61,017 bases of DNA, taken from NCBI GenBank assembly GCA_024275795.1, contig JAJRYJ010000030.1, positions 1 to 61,017 of the forward strand, in the 5' to 3' direction. This DNA is from Actinomycetes bacterium (GTDB taxonomy: Bacteria; Actinomycetota; Thermoleophilia; BMS3ABIN01). The notes below the pieces were generated by a model. It was not told the origin of the DNA and did not search any database. It saw only the letters and a list, made by a program, of their open reading frames with translations. Every line of letters starts with the position of its first letter. The stretch's first letter is position 1. The position numbers were made by a program, and so were the translations under genes. This document shows, piece by piece, positions 47,964 to 56,523 of the stretch.

Positions 47964-49112
47964 TCAGATGCGGCAGGCGCCGCTGTAACCGCCCACCGCC
48001 CAGATGCTGGTGATCGACACGACGGCGCCCGGATAGGGTGCGTGGATCATGCTGCCGCCGCCGATGTAGATGCCCACATGGCTGATGGGACTGCCGAAGA
48101 ATACCAGGTCCCCGGGGGCCAGCTCGCTGGAGCTGATGGGCGTGCCTGAGTAGAGCTGCGCCGCGGCCGAGTGAGGCAGGTAGACGCCCATCTGGCCGAA
48201 AACGTACATGGTGAGCCCGGAGCAGTCGAAGCCCGAGGGCGAGGCCCCGCCCCACACATAGGGGACGCCCAGGTACTGCATGGCGATGGATACCGCTCCC
48301 CCGCTGCTGGGTGGTGGGGGCGCGGGCATCGGCGGAGCCGGGGCGGGAGCCGGTGGCGCCGTTGCCGGGCCGGAGGTCGAACCCGCATCAGGGGCGGGAG
48401 CCGGCTGTCCCGGCGCCGCGATACTGCCGGCGGCTTGCGATGGGGCGGCTACGACCGCAGCCTGCTGTTCCCGCTGGGCGATGATCTCGGCGATCTCGCC
48501 CTCGACGCTGTCAAGGACCGCCTGCCGTGATGCCAGCTGCGATTCCACCGCCGCCTTCTCGTCCGCGAGGGTCTGTACCAGTTCTTCCTGCTTCTGACGG
48601 TCGGTTTCCAGCTGCTGCTGAGCGCTCTCCACCTGGGACCTGTACAGCAGCACTTCTTCCACGTCGGCCTTGTCCTGGCTGCCGATGCGTCCCAGCAGGT
48701 CCATGCGGGAGAGGAATTCGCTCCAGCTGGTTGTGTTCATCATCACATCGACGAAACTCATGCTGCCGCCGCGGTAGATGTTCTCCAGCCGGGCGTCGAG
48801 ACGTTGCTGGGCTTCCGCCAGCCTGGCCGAGGCTTCCACCAGCGCCGCTTCGTTCTCGCTGATGCGGACAAGGGTCTCCTGAAGCTCCATGTTGGCCTGG
48901 TTATATCGTTCGACAGCCCGTTCCGCAGCAAGGTTGATGGCCCCGATCTCCGCCTGTATGCGGTCCGCTTCCGCCTGCCGCGAATCGAGGTCAGTCTGGG
49001 CGAAGGCCGGTATAGCGGCAAGGAGAGTGATCAGGACAACGAGGGCCGCAAGGGACAGGGAGGCGAGAAGCGCCCGGATGCCGCGTTCAAGAGTGATTTT
49101 TATTGAGAACAT
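47964..49112 (-). CDS. NlpC/P60 (C40) peptidoglycan endopeptidase with an N-terminal coiled coil and a Pro/Ala-rich linker
   Basis: Signal peptide, CwlO/RipA-like coiled coil, PAPAPP linker, and catalytic FDCSG...H context. Confidence 0.88.
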   Translation of the reverse strand: MFSIKITLERGIRALLASLSLAALVVLITLLAAIPAFAQTDLDSRQAEADRIQAEIGAINLAAERAVERYNQANMELQETLVRISENEAALVEASARLAEAQQRLDARLENIYRGGSMSFVDVMMNTTSWSEFLSRMDLLGRIGSQDKADVEEVLLYRSQVESAQQQLETDRQKQEELVQTLADEKAAVESQLASRQAVLDSVEGEIAEIIAQREQQAAVVAAPSQAAGSIAAPGQPAPAPDAGSTSGPATAPPAPAPAPPMPAPPPPSSGGAVSIAMQYLGVPYVWGGASPSGFDCSGLTMYVFGQMGVYLPHSAAAQLYSGTPISSSELAPGDLVFFGSPISHVGIYIGGGSMIHAPYPGAVVSITSIWAVGGYSGACRI

Positions 49113-49311
49113 GGGTTATGTCTGAAGCGCCTGCCGGCAATCCTGCAGTGCCGGGAACCGTCGTTGTTCGTTCGCCTTGTAAATATTCGTTGATTACCCG
49201 GCTTACCCTGCAAAAAAAATACCCATACTTTCGGAAATCGGCCGATATTTCCCTAAAGTCCTGGGCGAAACAGGCCGATTCGTGCATTGAGGTGAAAAAG
49301 CGGAGGAGGCT

Positions 49312-49911
49312 ATGTCTAAACGGTCCAAGCCATTCAGGCTTCCCAGAGCCTATTATTATGGAATCATCGGCGCCCTCGGTGGCCTCTGCTATGCGCTTTT
49401 CGCCTATGTCGCCGACCGGTACACTTCTTATGACCTGGCGGTCCTCCATATCTTTGTCGCTCCCGTGGTCGCGGGCATAGTTGCGCTTGTGCTGGGGCGT
49501 GAAGAGGACCATATCCGCAACCAGACTGAACTGCTGGAACGTTCACGCAAGCGCTTCACGTCCATGACCACCTCGGTGATAACCGAGGACGACTGGAGCG
49601 TCAGTTTTCACGATCCCCACATACCCACCTGCTGGGAGGTCAAGGACTGCGACAGGCATGAATGTCCCGCCCACGGGAAACGGCACGTCCGCTGCTGGAT
49701 GGTCGCCGGCACTTTCTGCAGGGGCGAGGTGCAGGGGCAATATGCACAGAAGATCAAGGATTGCTCCAGATGTGAGGTCTACATCGAGGCTCTGGGGGGT
49801 GACCCGCTCAACGAGATCAGCGAGAACTTCAACAGCCTGATATGGGTGCTGGACGAGAAAGGCAAGATGCTCGCGCGGGCCAACGAAGAGCTGCAAGCGA
49901 AATATGACTAG
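49312..49911 (+). CDS. Membrane-anchored Cys-rich (two CW motifs) sensor module; N-terminal part of a split GGDEF/HD-GYP protein
   Basis: Two TM helices, then CWEVKDC-x4-CP...RCWMVAGTFC...DCSRCEVY. Collinear with aa 1-210 of the intact paralog at 51142-52941. Ends in TAG at 49909-49911. Confidence 0.8.
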   Translation: MSKRSKPFRLPRAYYYGIIGALGGLCYALFAYVADRYTSYDLAVLHIFVAPVVAGIVALVLGREEDHIRNQTELLERSRKRFTSMTTSVITEDDWSVSFHDPHIPTCWEVKDCDRHECPAHGKRHVRCWMVAGTFCRGEVQGQYAQKIKDCSRCEVYIEALGGDPLNEISENFNSLIWVLDEKGKMLARANEELQAKYD

Positions 49912-51078
49912 ATGGAGGCGCTGCAGCGGAAGACCCAGGAAGCAGCCGAGACGGATGAGTTGACAGGCCTTAAGAACCGCGGTCATTTTCTGCATCACCT
50001 CAAGCAGGAGTTCAGCAAGGCAAAACGCTTCGGAAAACCGCTCTCGCTGGTCATCGTAGACCTGGAGGGATTCAAGGATATCAACGACGACTTCGGCTAT
50101 CACAAGGGCGACGAAGTGCTCAGAAAACTGGGGATGATGCTCAGGAATGAAGTTGGCCCTCATGATTACGTTGCACGCTACGGCAAAGAGGAGTTCGCCA
50201 TGGTGCTTCCGGAGATGGACGGCATCAAGGCCACCATCCTGGCCCGCAAGCTGCACGGCAAACTCGGCCGGGTAGCCGAGGATACGGAGATCGATGATTC
50301 GTACGTGGCTGCGGTATTCGGCGTAGCGGATTTTCCCGACTGCGCGTCCGACAGCGACAGCCTGCTGTCGGCGGCGGATTCGGCGCTGCTGTTCGCGAGA
50401 CGCAACCCGCAGTCGCGCGTCGCCTATTTCTGCGACCTCAGCGAGACCGAACTGAGCCAGACAGACCTTGATCGTCTCAACAGCCGGCTGGAGGGCGCCA
50501 GCCTCAAAACACTGAATGCCCTCGCCGAGGCCGTCAACGTCAACGATAATTATTCGGGAGAGAATATCGACGATATGGCGCTGATGGCCGTCTCCCTGGC
50601 CCGGGATCTGGGTTTGAACGACGAGCAGGCGGGGGCCCTGGCGCTGGCTACGAGGCTGCATGACATCGGCAAGATAGGCGTTCCCAGCTCTATCCTGGGC
50701 AAGACCGGCAAACTCTCGCCGGACGAGCTTGCGCTGGTGAAACAGCATCCCGAGATCGGCCAGAAGCTGCTCCAGGAGGCCGAACAGATAAAGGACCTGA
50801 TATCGGCCATCCTTTACCACCACGAGCGCTGGGACGGCAAAGGCTACCCGGAACGGCTCAAGGGCGAGCAGATTCCGCTGATGGCCCGCATCGTCGGCAT
50901 TTTCGATGCCTACAGGGCCATGCGCTGCGACCGGCCCTACCGCAAGGCACTCTCCAAGCAGCAGGCGCTGGCGGAACTTAAGAAGGGGGCCGGCAGCCAG
51001 TTCGATCCCAACATCGTCCAGCAGTTCCTTGAACTGCTGGAGAGGGACAGTTGCGATATCGGGGAAAAGGCCAGCTGA
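49912..51078 (+). CDS. GGDEF (degenerate GKEEF) plus HD-GYP protein; C-terminal part of the split paralog
   Basis: The ATG immediately follows the in-frame TAG. GGDEF-domain fold with GKEEF, then HDIGKIGVP...HHERWDGKGYP. Confidence 0.85.
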   Translation: MEALQRKTQEAAETDELTGLKNRGHFLHHLKQEFSKAKRFGKPLSLVIVDLEGFKDINDDFGYHKGDEVLRKLGMMLRNEVGPHDYVARYGKEEFAMVLPEMDGIKATILARKLHGKLGRVAEDTEIDDSYVAAVFGVADFPDCASDSDSLLSAADSALLFARRNPQSRVAYFCDLSETELSQTDLDRLNSRLEGASLKTLNALAEAVNVNDNYSGENIDDMALMAVSLARDLGLNDEQAGALALATRLHDIGKIGVPSSILGKTGKLSPDELALVKQHPEIGQKLLQEAEQIKDLISAILYHHERWDGKGYPERLKGEQIPLMARIVGIFDAYRAMRCDRPYRKALSKQQALAELKKGAGSQFDPNIVQQFLELLERDSCDIGEKAS

Positions 51079-51141
51079 GCCGGGAATGTCCGTAATCGGG
51101 GTTGAGGAAAAGATGGATAAAAACAAAGAGGGGCGAGGCAA

Positions 51142-52941
51142 ATGATCACAAGATACATATCAGGGCATCTGAGCTCGATGCGCCGCATCTTCATCGTGAT
51201 GATCTCCTTCGGCCTGGCCATGGGCCTGGTGTTCCCGCTGGTGGCGGAGCCCTTTGTCGAATGGGTGCCGGGCCGCAAGGGCTATTTCCAGCTCGCCTGC
51301 CTGGCCGCCGGCTTCGCCGTGGGAACCTTCTGCTATTACCTGGTGAAACTGACCCTTTTCGAGAAGAACATGATACTGGCTGAGCGCAAGCGGACTCTGG
51401 AAGCCGCGAAGGATCGTTTCAGCACGCTTACAAGCACGGCTATCACCAGCCGCGACTGGGACGTGAGTTTTCATGACGGGCATGTGCCTACCTGCTGGAA
51501 GGTCAAGGGCTGCGACAATCGTGACTGTCCCTGTTACGGCAGGGAGAACATACGCTGCTGGCTCGTGACCGGCACTTACTGCGGTGGCGTGGTCCAGGGG
51601 CGTTTCGCCCAGAAGCTCGAAAGTTGCACCCAGTGTTCGGTTTACCAGGAGGCGGTGGAGAGGGATCCGATAAACGAGATCGGCGAGAACTTCAACAGCC
51701 TGATGTGGGTCGTCAAGGAGCGGGAGGACGAGCTGTCCGAAGCCCGCAACAAGCTGCAGGCCAACTACTCGGAGCTGGAGCGGCTGCACGAGAAGGTCAA
51801 GGAGGCGTCCATAACTGATTCATTGACGGGTCTGAGGAACCACGGCCATTTCCAGCAGCACCTGGAACAGGAGGCGGAACGCGCCAACCGTTACCGGCGC
51901 CCCCTTTCCCTGGTGATGCTCGATCTCGACTTTTTCAAATCCGTGAATGATAAATACGGCCACCAGAAGGGCGACCAGGTGCTGAGCGGCATCGGACGCC
52001 TTCTCAAGGGTGAGCTCAGGCGCATGGACTACGCGGCGCGCTACGGCGGCGAGGAGTTCGTCATCGTCATGCCCGAGACGACCGGGAAAGAGGCCTGCGA
52101 GGTGGCCGAGAGGCTGCGGAAGAAGGTGGGCGCCGTCGCTGAAGATGTCGGTCTGCCACAGGTGCCGCTGGCCGCCAGCTTCGGCGTGGCCGACATGCCG
52201 TCGTGCGCCAACGACAACGAGAGCCTCGTGGCCGCCGCCGACTCGGCGCTGCTGTTCGCCAAGAGCAAGGGCAGGGACCAGGTGGCCTATTTCCGCGACC
52301 TGTCGGAGACCGAGCTCGGCGAGCGGGACATCGACGGCCTCAACATGCGGCTGGAGGGCGCCAGCCTCAAGACCATCTGTTCGCTGGCTGAGGCGGTGGA
52401 CGCCAGGGACAGCTACACGGGCCAGGAGTCGCGCAACATGTCGGCCATAGCCGAGATGATGGCGGAAAAGCTGAACCTGAGCCGCGAGCAGGTGGAATCG
52501 CTGTCGCTGGCCACAGTGCTGCATGATATCGGCAAGATCGGCATACCGGACTCGGTGTTGAGCAAGAAGGACAAGCTGTCGGAGGAAGAGGTCGAGGTGA
52601 TTCAGCAGCATCCGCAAATCGGCAAACGCATCATGCGCGAGGCGGAGCAGATACAGGACCTGGTCTCGGCTATCCTCTATCATCATGAGCGCTGGGACGG
52701 CACCGGCTATCCGGAACAGCTCAAGGGCGAGGAGATACCGCTGATGGCCAGGGTGGTGGGAATCTTCGACGCCTACCGGGCGATGACGACGGACCGGCCC
52801 TACCGCAAGGCTCTGAACGAGAAATCGGTCATGGAAGAGCTGCGCAAGGGCGCCGGCAGCCAGTTCGACCCGCAACTGGTGGATCTGTTCATCGAGACCA
52901 TTGAATCACAGCGCGGCCAGGATATAGCCCAGGCGGGTTGA
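51142..52941 (+). CDS. Intact membrane Cys-rich sensor / GGDEF (GGEEF, RxxD I-site) / HD-GYP protein
   Basis: TM helices, CWKVKGC...CPC...RCWLVTGTYC...CTQCSVY, RRMD-x5-GGEEF, HDIGKIGIP...HHERWDGTGYP. Confidence 0.9.
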   Translation: MITRYISGHLSSMRRIFIVMISFGLAMGLVFPLVAEPFVEWVPGRKGYFQLACLAAGFAVGTFCYYLVKLTLFEKNMILAERKRTLEAAKDRFSTLTSTAITSRDWDVSFHDGHVPTCWKVKGCDNRDCPCYGRENIRCWLVTGTYCGGVVQGRFAQKLESCTQCSVYQEAVERDPINEIGENFNSLMWVVKEREDELSEARNKLQANYSELERLHEKVKEASITDSLTGLRNHGHFQQHLEQEAERANRYRRPLSLVMLDLDFFKSVNDKYGHQKGDQVLSGIGRLLKGELRRMDYAARYGGEEFVIVMPETTGKEACEVAERLRKKVGAVAEDVGLPQVPLAASFGVADMPSCANDNESLVAAADSALLFAKSKGRDQVAYFRDLSETELGERDIDGLNMRLEGASLKTICSLAEAVDARDSYTGQESRNMSAIAEMMAEKLNLSREQVESLSLATVLHDIGKIGIPDSVLSKKDKLSEEEVEVIQQHPQIGKRIMREAEQIQDLVSAILYHHERWDGTGYPEQLKGEEIPLMARVVGIFDAYRAMTTDRPYRKALNEKSVMEELRKGAGSQFDPQLVDLFIETIESQRGQDIAQAG

Positions 52942-52991
52942 CGGCCGTGGCAGTTGCATTCCCTGACCCACTTCAATAACATACACCCTTG

Positions 52992-53120
52992 ATGGCGCAC
53001 AGGTTTTCACATGACGTATCTGATGTGAAGCGCACCCGCAACGCGGGAGGCGTCAGCCTGCGTAGCGCCGAATCCCTTCTCAACCTGCTTCTCCTCCCCC
53101 TTTCGGGGGATATCGCCTGA
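52992..53120 (+). CDS. Candidate Leu-rich leader peptide of the leu operon
   Basis: Hand translation: MAHRFSHDVSDVKRTRNAGGVSLRSAESLLNLLLLPLSGDIA*, with 7 Leu in the 10 codons at 53076-53105. The stop lies 2 nt before a terminator stem. No clear SD. Confidence 0.35.
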   Translation: MAHRFSHDVSDVKRTRNAGGVSLRSAESLLNLLLLPLSGDIA

Positions 53121-53122
53121 CA

Positions 53123-53150
53123 GTTTGCCCGTGCGGCAAACCCGTTTTTT
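53123..53150 (+). terminator. Putative attenuator terminator upstream of leuA
   Basis: gtttgcc-cgtgc-ggcaaac then ccgTTTTTT, 34 nt upstream of the leuA ATG. Confidence 0.55.
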
Positions 53151-53183
53151 CGTAGTTTCCTGGCTTTCCAAGGAGAAGTGCTT

Positions 53184-54704
53184 ATGAATTCCCAACGTAT
53201 AACCATATTCGATACCACCCTGCGTGACGGCGAACAGTCCCCGGGAATCAGCCTCAACGCCTTCGAGAAGGTGGAGATAGCCGAGCAGCTGGCGCGCCTG
53301 GGCGTGGACGTGATAGAAGCTGGTTTCCCTATCTCGTCACCCGGCGATTTCGAGGGCGTGCAGAAGATCGCCCGCGAGGTGTCAGGGGTTTCCGTCTGCG
53401 GCCTGGCGCGGGCAATCGATAAGGATATCCGCACCGCCTGGGACGCCGTCAGGGAGGCGGAGCGGCCGCGCATCCATACCTTCATCTCCACCAGCGACGT
53501 GCATCTGGAGCATCAGCTGCGCAAGACGCGCGACGAGGTGCTGGCGGCGGCGCGCGAGATGGTGGCGCTGGCGGTGAGCCTCTGCGACGACGTGGAGTTC
53601 TCGGCCATGGACGCCACCCGCAGCGACCCCGACTTCCTGGCGGCGGTGCTGGCTGCGGCCATCGAGGAGGGGGCGACGACGATAAACATCCCGGACACGG
53701 TGGGCTACGCCATGCCGGCGGAGTTCGGCGCCTTCATCCGCGACCAGTTCGAGCGGGTCCCGGGCCTGGCGGAAGTGGCGGTGAGCGTCCATTGCCATAA
53801 CGACCTGGGCCTGGCGGTGGCCAACTCGCTGGCGGCCGTGGAGGCCGGGGCTACCCAGGTGGAATGCGCCGTGAACGGCCTGGGGGAGCGCGCCGGCAAC
53901 GCCTCCCTGGAGGAGATAGTGATGATCATGGAGACGCGCCGCGACGAGCTGGGCAGGGAGACGGGTATCGTCACCACCGAGATAGACCGCACCAGCCGCC
54001 TGGTGAGCCAGCTCACCGGCTACGAGGTGCAGCCCAACAAGGCGGTGGTGGGCAAGAACGCCTTCGCCCATGAGTCGGGCATCCACCAGGACGGCGTGCT
54101 CAAGGAGCGCACCACTTATGAGATAATGAACGCCCGCAGCATCGGCCGCAGTCAGAGCGACATCGTGCTGGGCAAGCACTCGGGCCGTCACGCGCTCAAG
54201 TCCGCCATGGAGGAACTGGGTTTCTCCCTCAGCGACGATGAGCTCAACCAGGCCTTTGAGAATTTCAAGAAGATCGCGGACAAGAAGAAGCAGATAACGG
54301 CGGTGGACCTGGAGCACCTGGTGAGCGAGGAGCTCAGGGAGCTGACGGACATCTACGAGCTGAAGTCCTACGAGGTGGTCTCCAGCTCCGAGTTCACGCC
54401 CACCTGCCAGGTGATCATCGAGAAGGAGGGCGAGGAGCTGCCGGGCAGGAGCTTCTCCGGCGGCTCCATGGAGTCCATGTTCATGGCCATCGACAAGGCC
54501 GTGGGTACCACGGGCCTGCTGAAGGACTACCAGGTGCGGGCGGTAACCTCCGGCAAGGATTCGCTGGGCGAGGTCAAGGTGGTAGTGGAAGTGAACGGCG
54601 AGGACTACGCCGGCACGGCGCTCTCCATCGACGTGGTGGAGGCCAGCGCCAAGGCTTATATCAGGGCAATCAACAACGCGTATCGCGCAGGGGCGGTGAA
54701 GTAG
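53184..54704 (+). CDS. leuA: 2-isopropylmalate synthase
   Basis: IFDTTLRDGEQSPG, HCHNDLGLAVAN, and a C-terminal LeuA_dimer region. Confidence 0.95.
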   Translation: MNSQRITIFDTTLRDGEQSPGISLNAFEKVEIAEQLARLGVDVIEAGFPISSPGDFEGVQKIAREVSGVSVCGLARAIDKDIRTAWDAVREAERPRIHTFISTSDVHLEHQLRKTRDEVLAAAREMVALAVSLCDDVEFSAMDATRSDPDFLAAVLAAAIEEGATTINIPDTVGYAMPAEFGAFIRDQFERVPGLAEVAVSVHCHNDLGLAVANSLAAVEAGATQVECAVNGLGERAGNASLEEIVMIMETRRDELGRETGIVTTEIDRTSRLVSQLTGYEVQPNKAVVGKNAFAHESGIHQDGVLKERTTYEIMNARSIGRSQSDIVLGKHSGRHALKSAMEELGFSLSDDELNQAFENFKKIADKKKQITAVDLEHLVSEELRELTDIYELKSYEVVSSSEFTPTCQVIIEKEGEELPGRSFSGGSMESMFMAIDKAVGTTGLLKDYQVRAVTSGKDSLGEVKVVVEVNGEDYAGTALSIDVVEASAKAYIRAINNAYRAGAVK

Positions 54705-55976
54705 ATGGCGGAACCGATGACCATAACCGAGAAGATACTGGCGCGGGCCTGCGGCCTGGAGGAGGTCCACGCCGGCGAGTTCGTAAACGCGAAGCTGGAC
54801 CTGGCGCTGGCCAACGATATCACGGCGCCGCTGGCCATCAACGAGTTCAGGGGCGCCGGGCTGGAGAAGGTCTGGGACCCGGAGCGCGTGGCGCTGGTGT
54901 GCGATCATTTCGTCCCCAACAAGGACATCAAGTCGGCGGAGCAGGCAAAGCAGGTGCGCGACTTCGCGGCCGAGCAGGGCATCGAGGGTTTCTTCGACGT
55001 GGGCCGCATGGGCATCGAGCACGTGATACTGCCGGAGCTGGGCATAGTGGTCCCCGGCGACGTGGTCATCGGCGCTGATTCTCATACCTGCACCTACGGA
55101 GCCCTGGGCGCCTTCGCCACCGGCGTCGGCAGCACCGACCTGGCGGCGGGCATGGCCACGGGCGAGGTCTGGCTCAGGGTGCCCGAGACCGTAAGATTCG
55201 TGTACAGCGGCACGTTGGGACGTTACGTCACCGGCAAGGACCTGGTGCTGGACACCATCGGGCGCATCGGCGTGGACGGGGCGCTCTACCAGGCCATGGA
55301 GTTCGCCGGCGAGGCGGTGGCGGCCATGCCCATGTCCGGCCGCTTCACCATGTGCAACATGGCCATCGAGGCCGGCGGCAAGAGCGGCATCATCGAGCCG
55401 GACGAGGTCACCATGGAATACGTGAGCGGCCGCGCCCGGCGCGAGCCGGTGCTGTTCTCTAGCGACAACAACGCGGTCTATGCGGATGTGATGGAGATCG
55501 ACGCCGGGGCCGTCAGACCCCAGGTGGCCAAGCCGCATCTGCCGTCGAACGCCGTGGACGCTGAGGAACTGAGCGGGATGGACATCGACCAGGTGGTCAT
55601 CGGCTCCTGCACCAACGGCCGCATGGACGACCTGCGCATGGCGGCGGAGGTGCTGAAGGGGCGCAAGGTCGCCCCCGGGGTGCGGACCATCATCATCCCC
55701 GGCAGCCAGCATATCTACCAGCAGGCCATCAAGGAGGGCCTGGTGGACATCTTTATCGACGCCGAGGCGGCGGTGAGCACGCCCACCTGCGGGCCCTGCC
55801 TGGGGGGCCACATGGGCATCCTGGCGGCCGGAGAGCGCTGCGTGGCCACCACCAACCGCAATTTCGTCGGCCGCATGGGCCATCCCGAGAGCGAGGTCTA
55901 TCTGGCGGGGCCTTATGTGGCAGCGGCCACGGCAGTGACCGGGTATGTATCCGTGCCCGAGGAGGTACTGGCATGA
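54705..55976 (+). CDS. leuC: 3-isopropylmalate dehydratase large subunit
   Basis: Aconitase-family motifs (DSHT, GSCTNGR, TCGPC). TAG-ATG junction with leuA. Confidence 0.95.
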   Translation: MAEPMTITEKILARACGLEEVHAGEFVNAKLDLALANDITAPLAINEFRGAGLEKVWDPERVALVCDHFVPNKDIKSAEQAKQVRDFAAEQGIEGFFDVGRMGIEHVILPELGIVVPGDVVIGADSHTCTYGALGAFATGVGSTDLAAGMATGEVWLRVPETVRFVYSGTLGRYVTGKDLVLDTIGRIGVDGALYQAMEFAGEAVAAMPMSGRFTMCNMAIEAGGKSGIIEPDEVTMEYVSGRARREPVLFSSDNNAVYADVMEIDAGAVRPQVAKPHLPSNAVDAEELSGMDIDQVVIGSCTNGRMDDLRMAAEVLKGRKVAPGVRTIIIPGSQHIYQQAIKEGLVDIFIDAEAAVSTPTCGPCLGGHMGILAAGERCVATTNRNFVGRMGHPESEVYLAGPYVAAATAVTGYVSVPEEVLA

Positions 55977-56470
55977 TTTTCGAGGGCAGGGCGCACAAGT
56001 ACGGGCGCGACGTGGACACGGACGTGATCATCCCGGCGCGTTACCTGAACACGTCGGACCCGGACGAGCTGGCCGGGCATTGCATGGAGGACATCGACTC
56101 CGGGTTCATCGGGCGGGTCAAGCCCGGCGACATCATCGTCGCCGGGGAGAACTTCGGCTGTGGTTCCTCGCGCGAGCAGGCGCCGGTGGCCATCAAGGCG
56201 GCGGGCGTGGCCTGTGTGGTGGCGGCTTCCTTCGCACGCATCTTCTACCGCAACGCCATCAACATCGGCCTGCCCATACTGGTCTGCCCCGAGGCGGTGC
56301 GCGAGACCGGGACCGGCGATGAGCTAAGGGTGGACCTGGACGCGGGCGAGGTGGAGAATGTCACCAAGGGCCGGACCTACGCGGCGGACCGCTTCCCCGG
56401 GTTCATGCAGGAGATAGTGGCGGCGGGGGGACTGATGAACCGTGTCAGGCAGCGTATGGCGGAAAAATGA
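55973..56470 (+). CDS. leuD: 3-isopropylmalate dehydratase small subunit
   Basis: [13 protein letters not shown] swivel-domain motif. 4-nt overlap with leuC. Confidence 0.95.
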   Translation: MIFEGRAHKYGRDVDTDVIIPARYLNTSDPDELAGHCMEDIDSGFIGRVKPGDIIVAGENFGCGSSREQAPVAIKAAGVACVVAASFARIFYRNAINIGLPILVCPEAVRETGTGDELRVDLDAGEVENVTKGRTYAADRFPGFMQEIVAAGGLMNRVRQRMAEK

Positions 56471-56523
56471 GAGGCCGGCGGTGACGCGCGGCCGGGAAAA
56501 CCAAGAACAGGAGCGGAGGGACG

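Noticed and set aside
49113-49311. ydaO (c-di-AMP) riboswitch upstream of the NlpC/P60 gene.
   Set aside because: The genomic context is suggestive. However, I could not find the conserved ydaO blocks (GGGGA.CC, GGGGUGAAUC, CCGA.CCGACAGCU.ACCUCGUA) on the minus strand, only loose resemblances. A covariance-model search is needed.
29513-51078. Reassignment of TAG to an amino acid (alternative genetic code) as the explanation for the two in-frame TAGs.
   Set aside because: TAG terminates at least ten well-delimited genes in this window at their expected C-termini (groES, hpt, tpiA, aroE, pilB, the sigma factor, leuA, leuB, cimA, and the glcD-like gene). Global reassignment is therefore not tenable. 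Site-specific suppression cannot be excluded.
52942-53183. T-box leader upstream of leuA.
   Set aside because: There is no AGAGA or GNUGGNA-type specifier and T-box consensus (for example ..GGGUGGUACCGCG..). A leader-peptide attenuator fits better.
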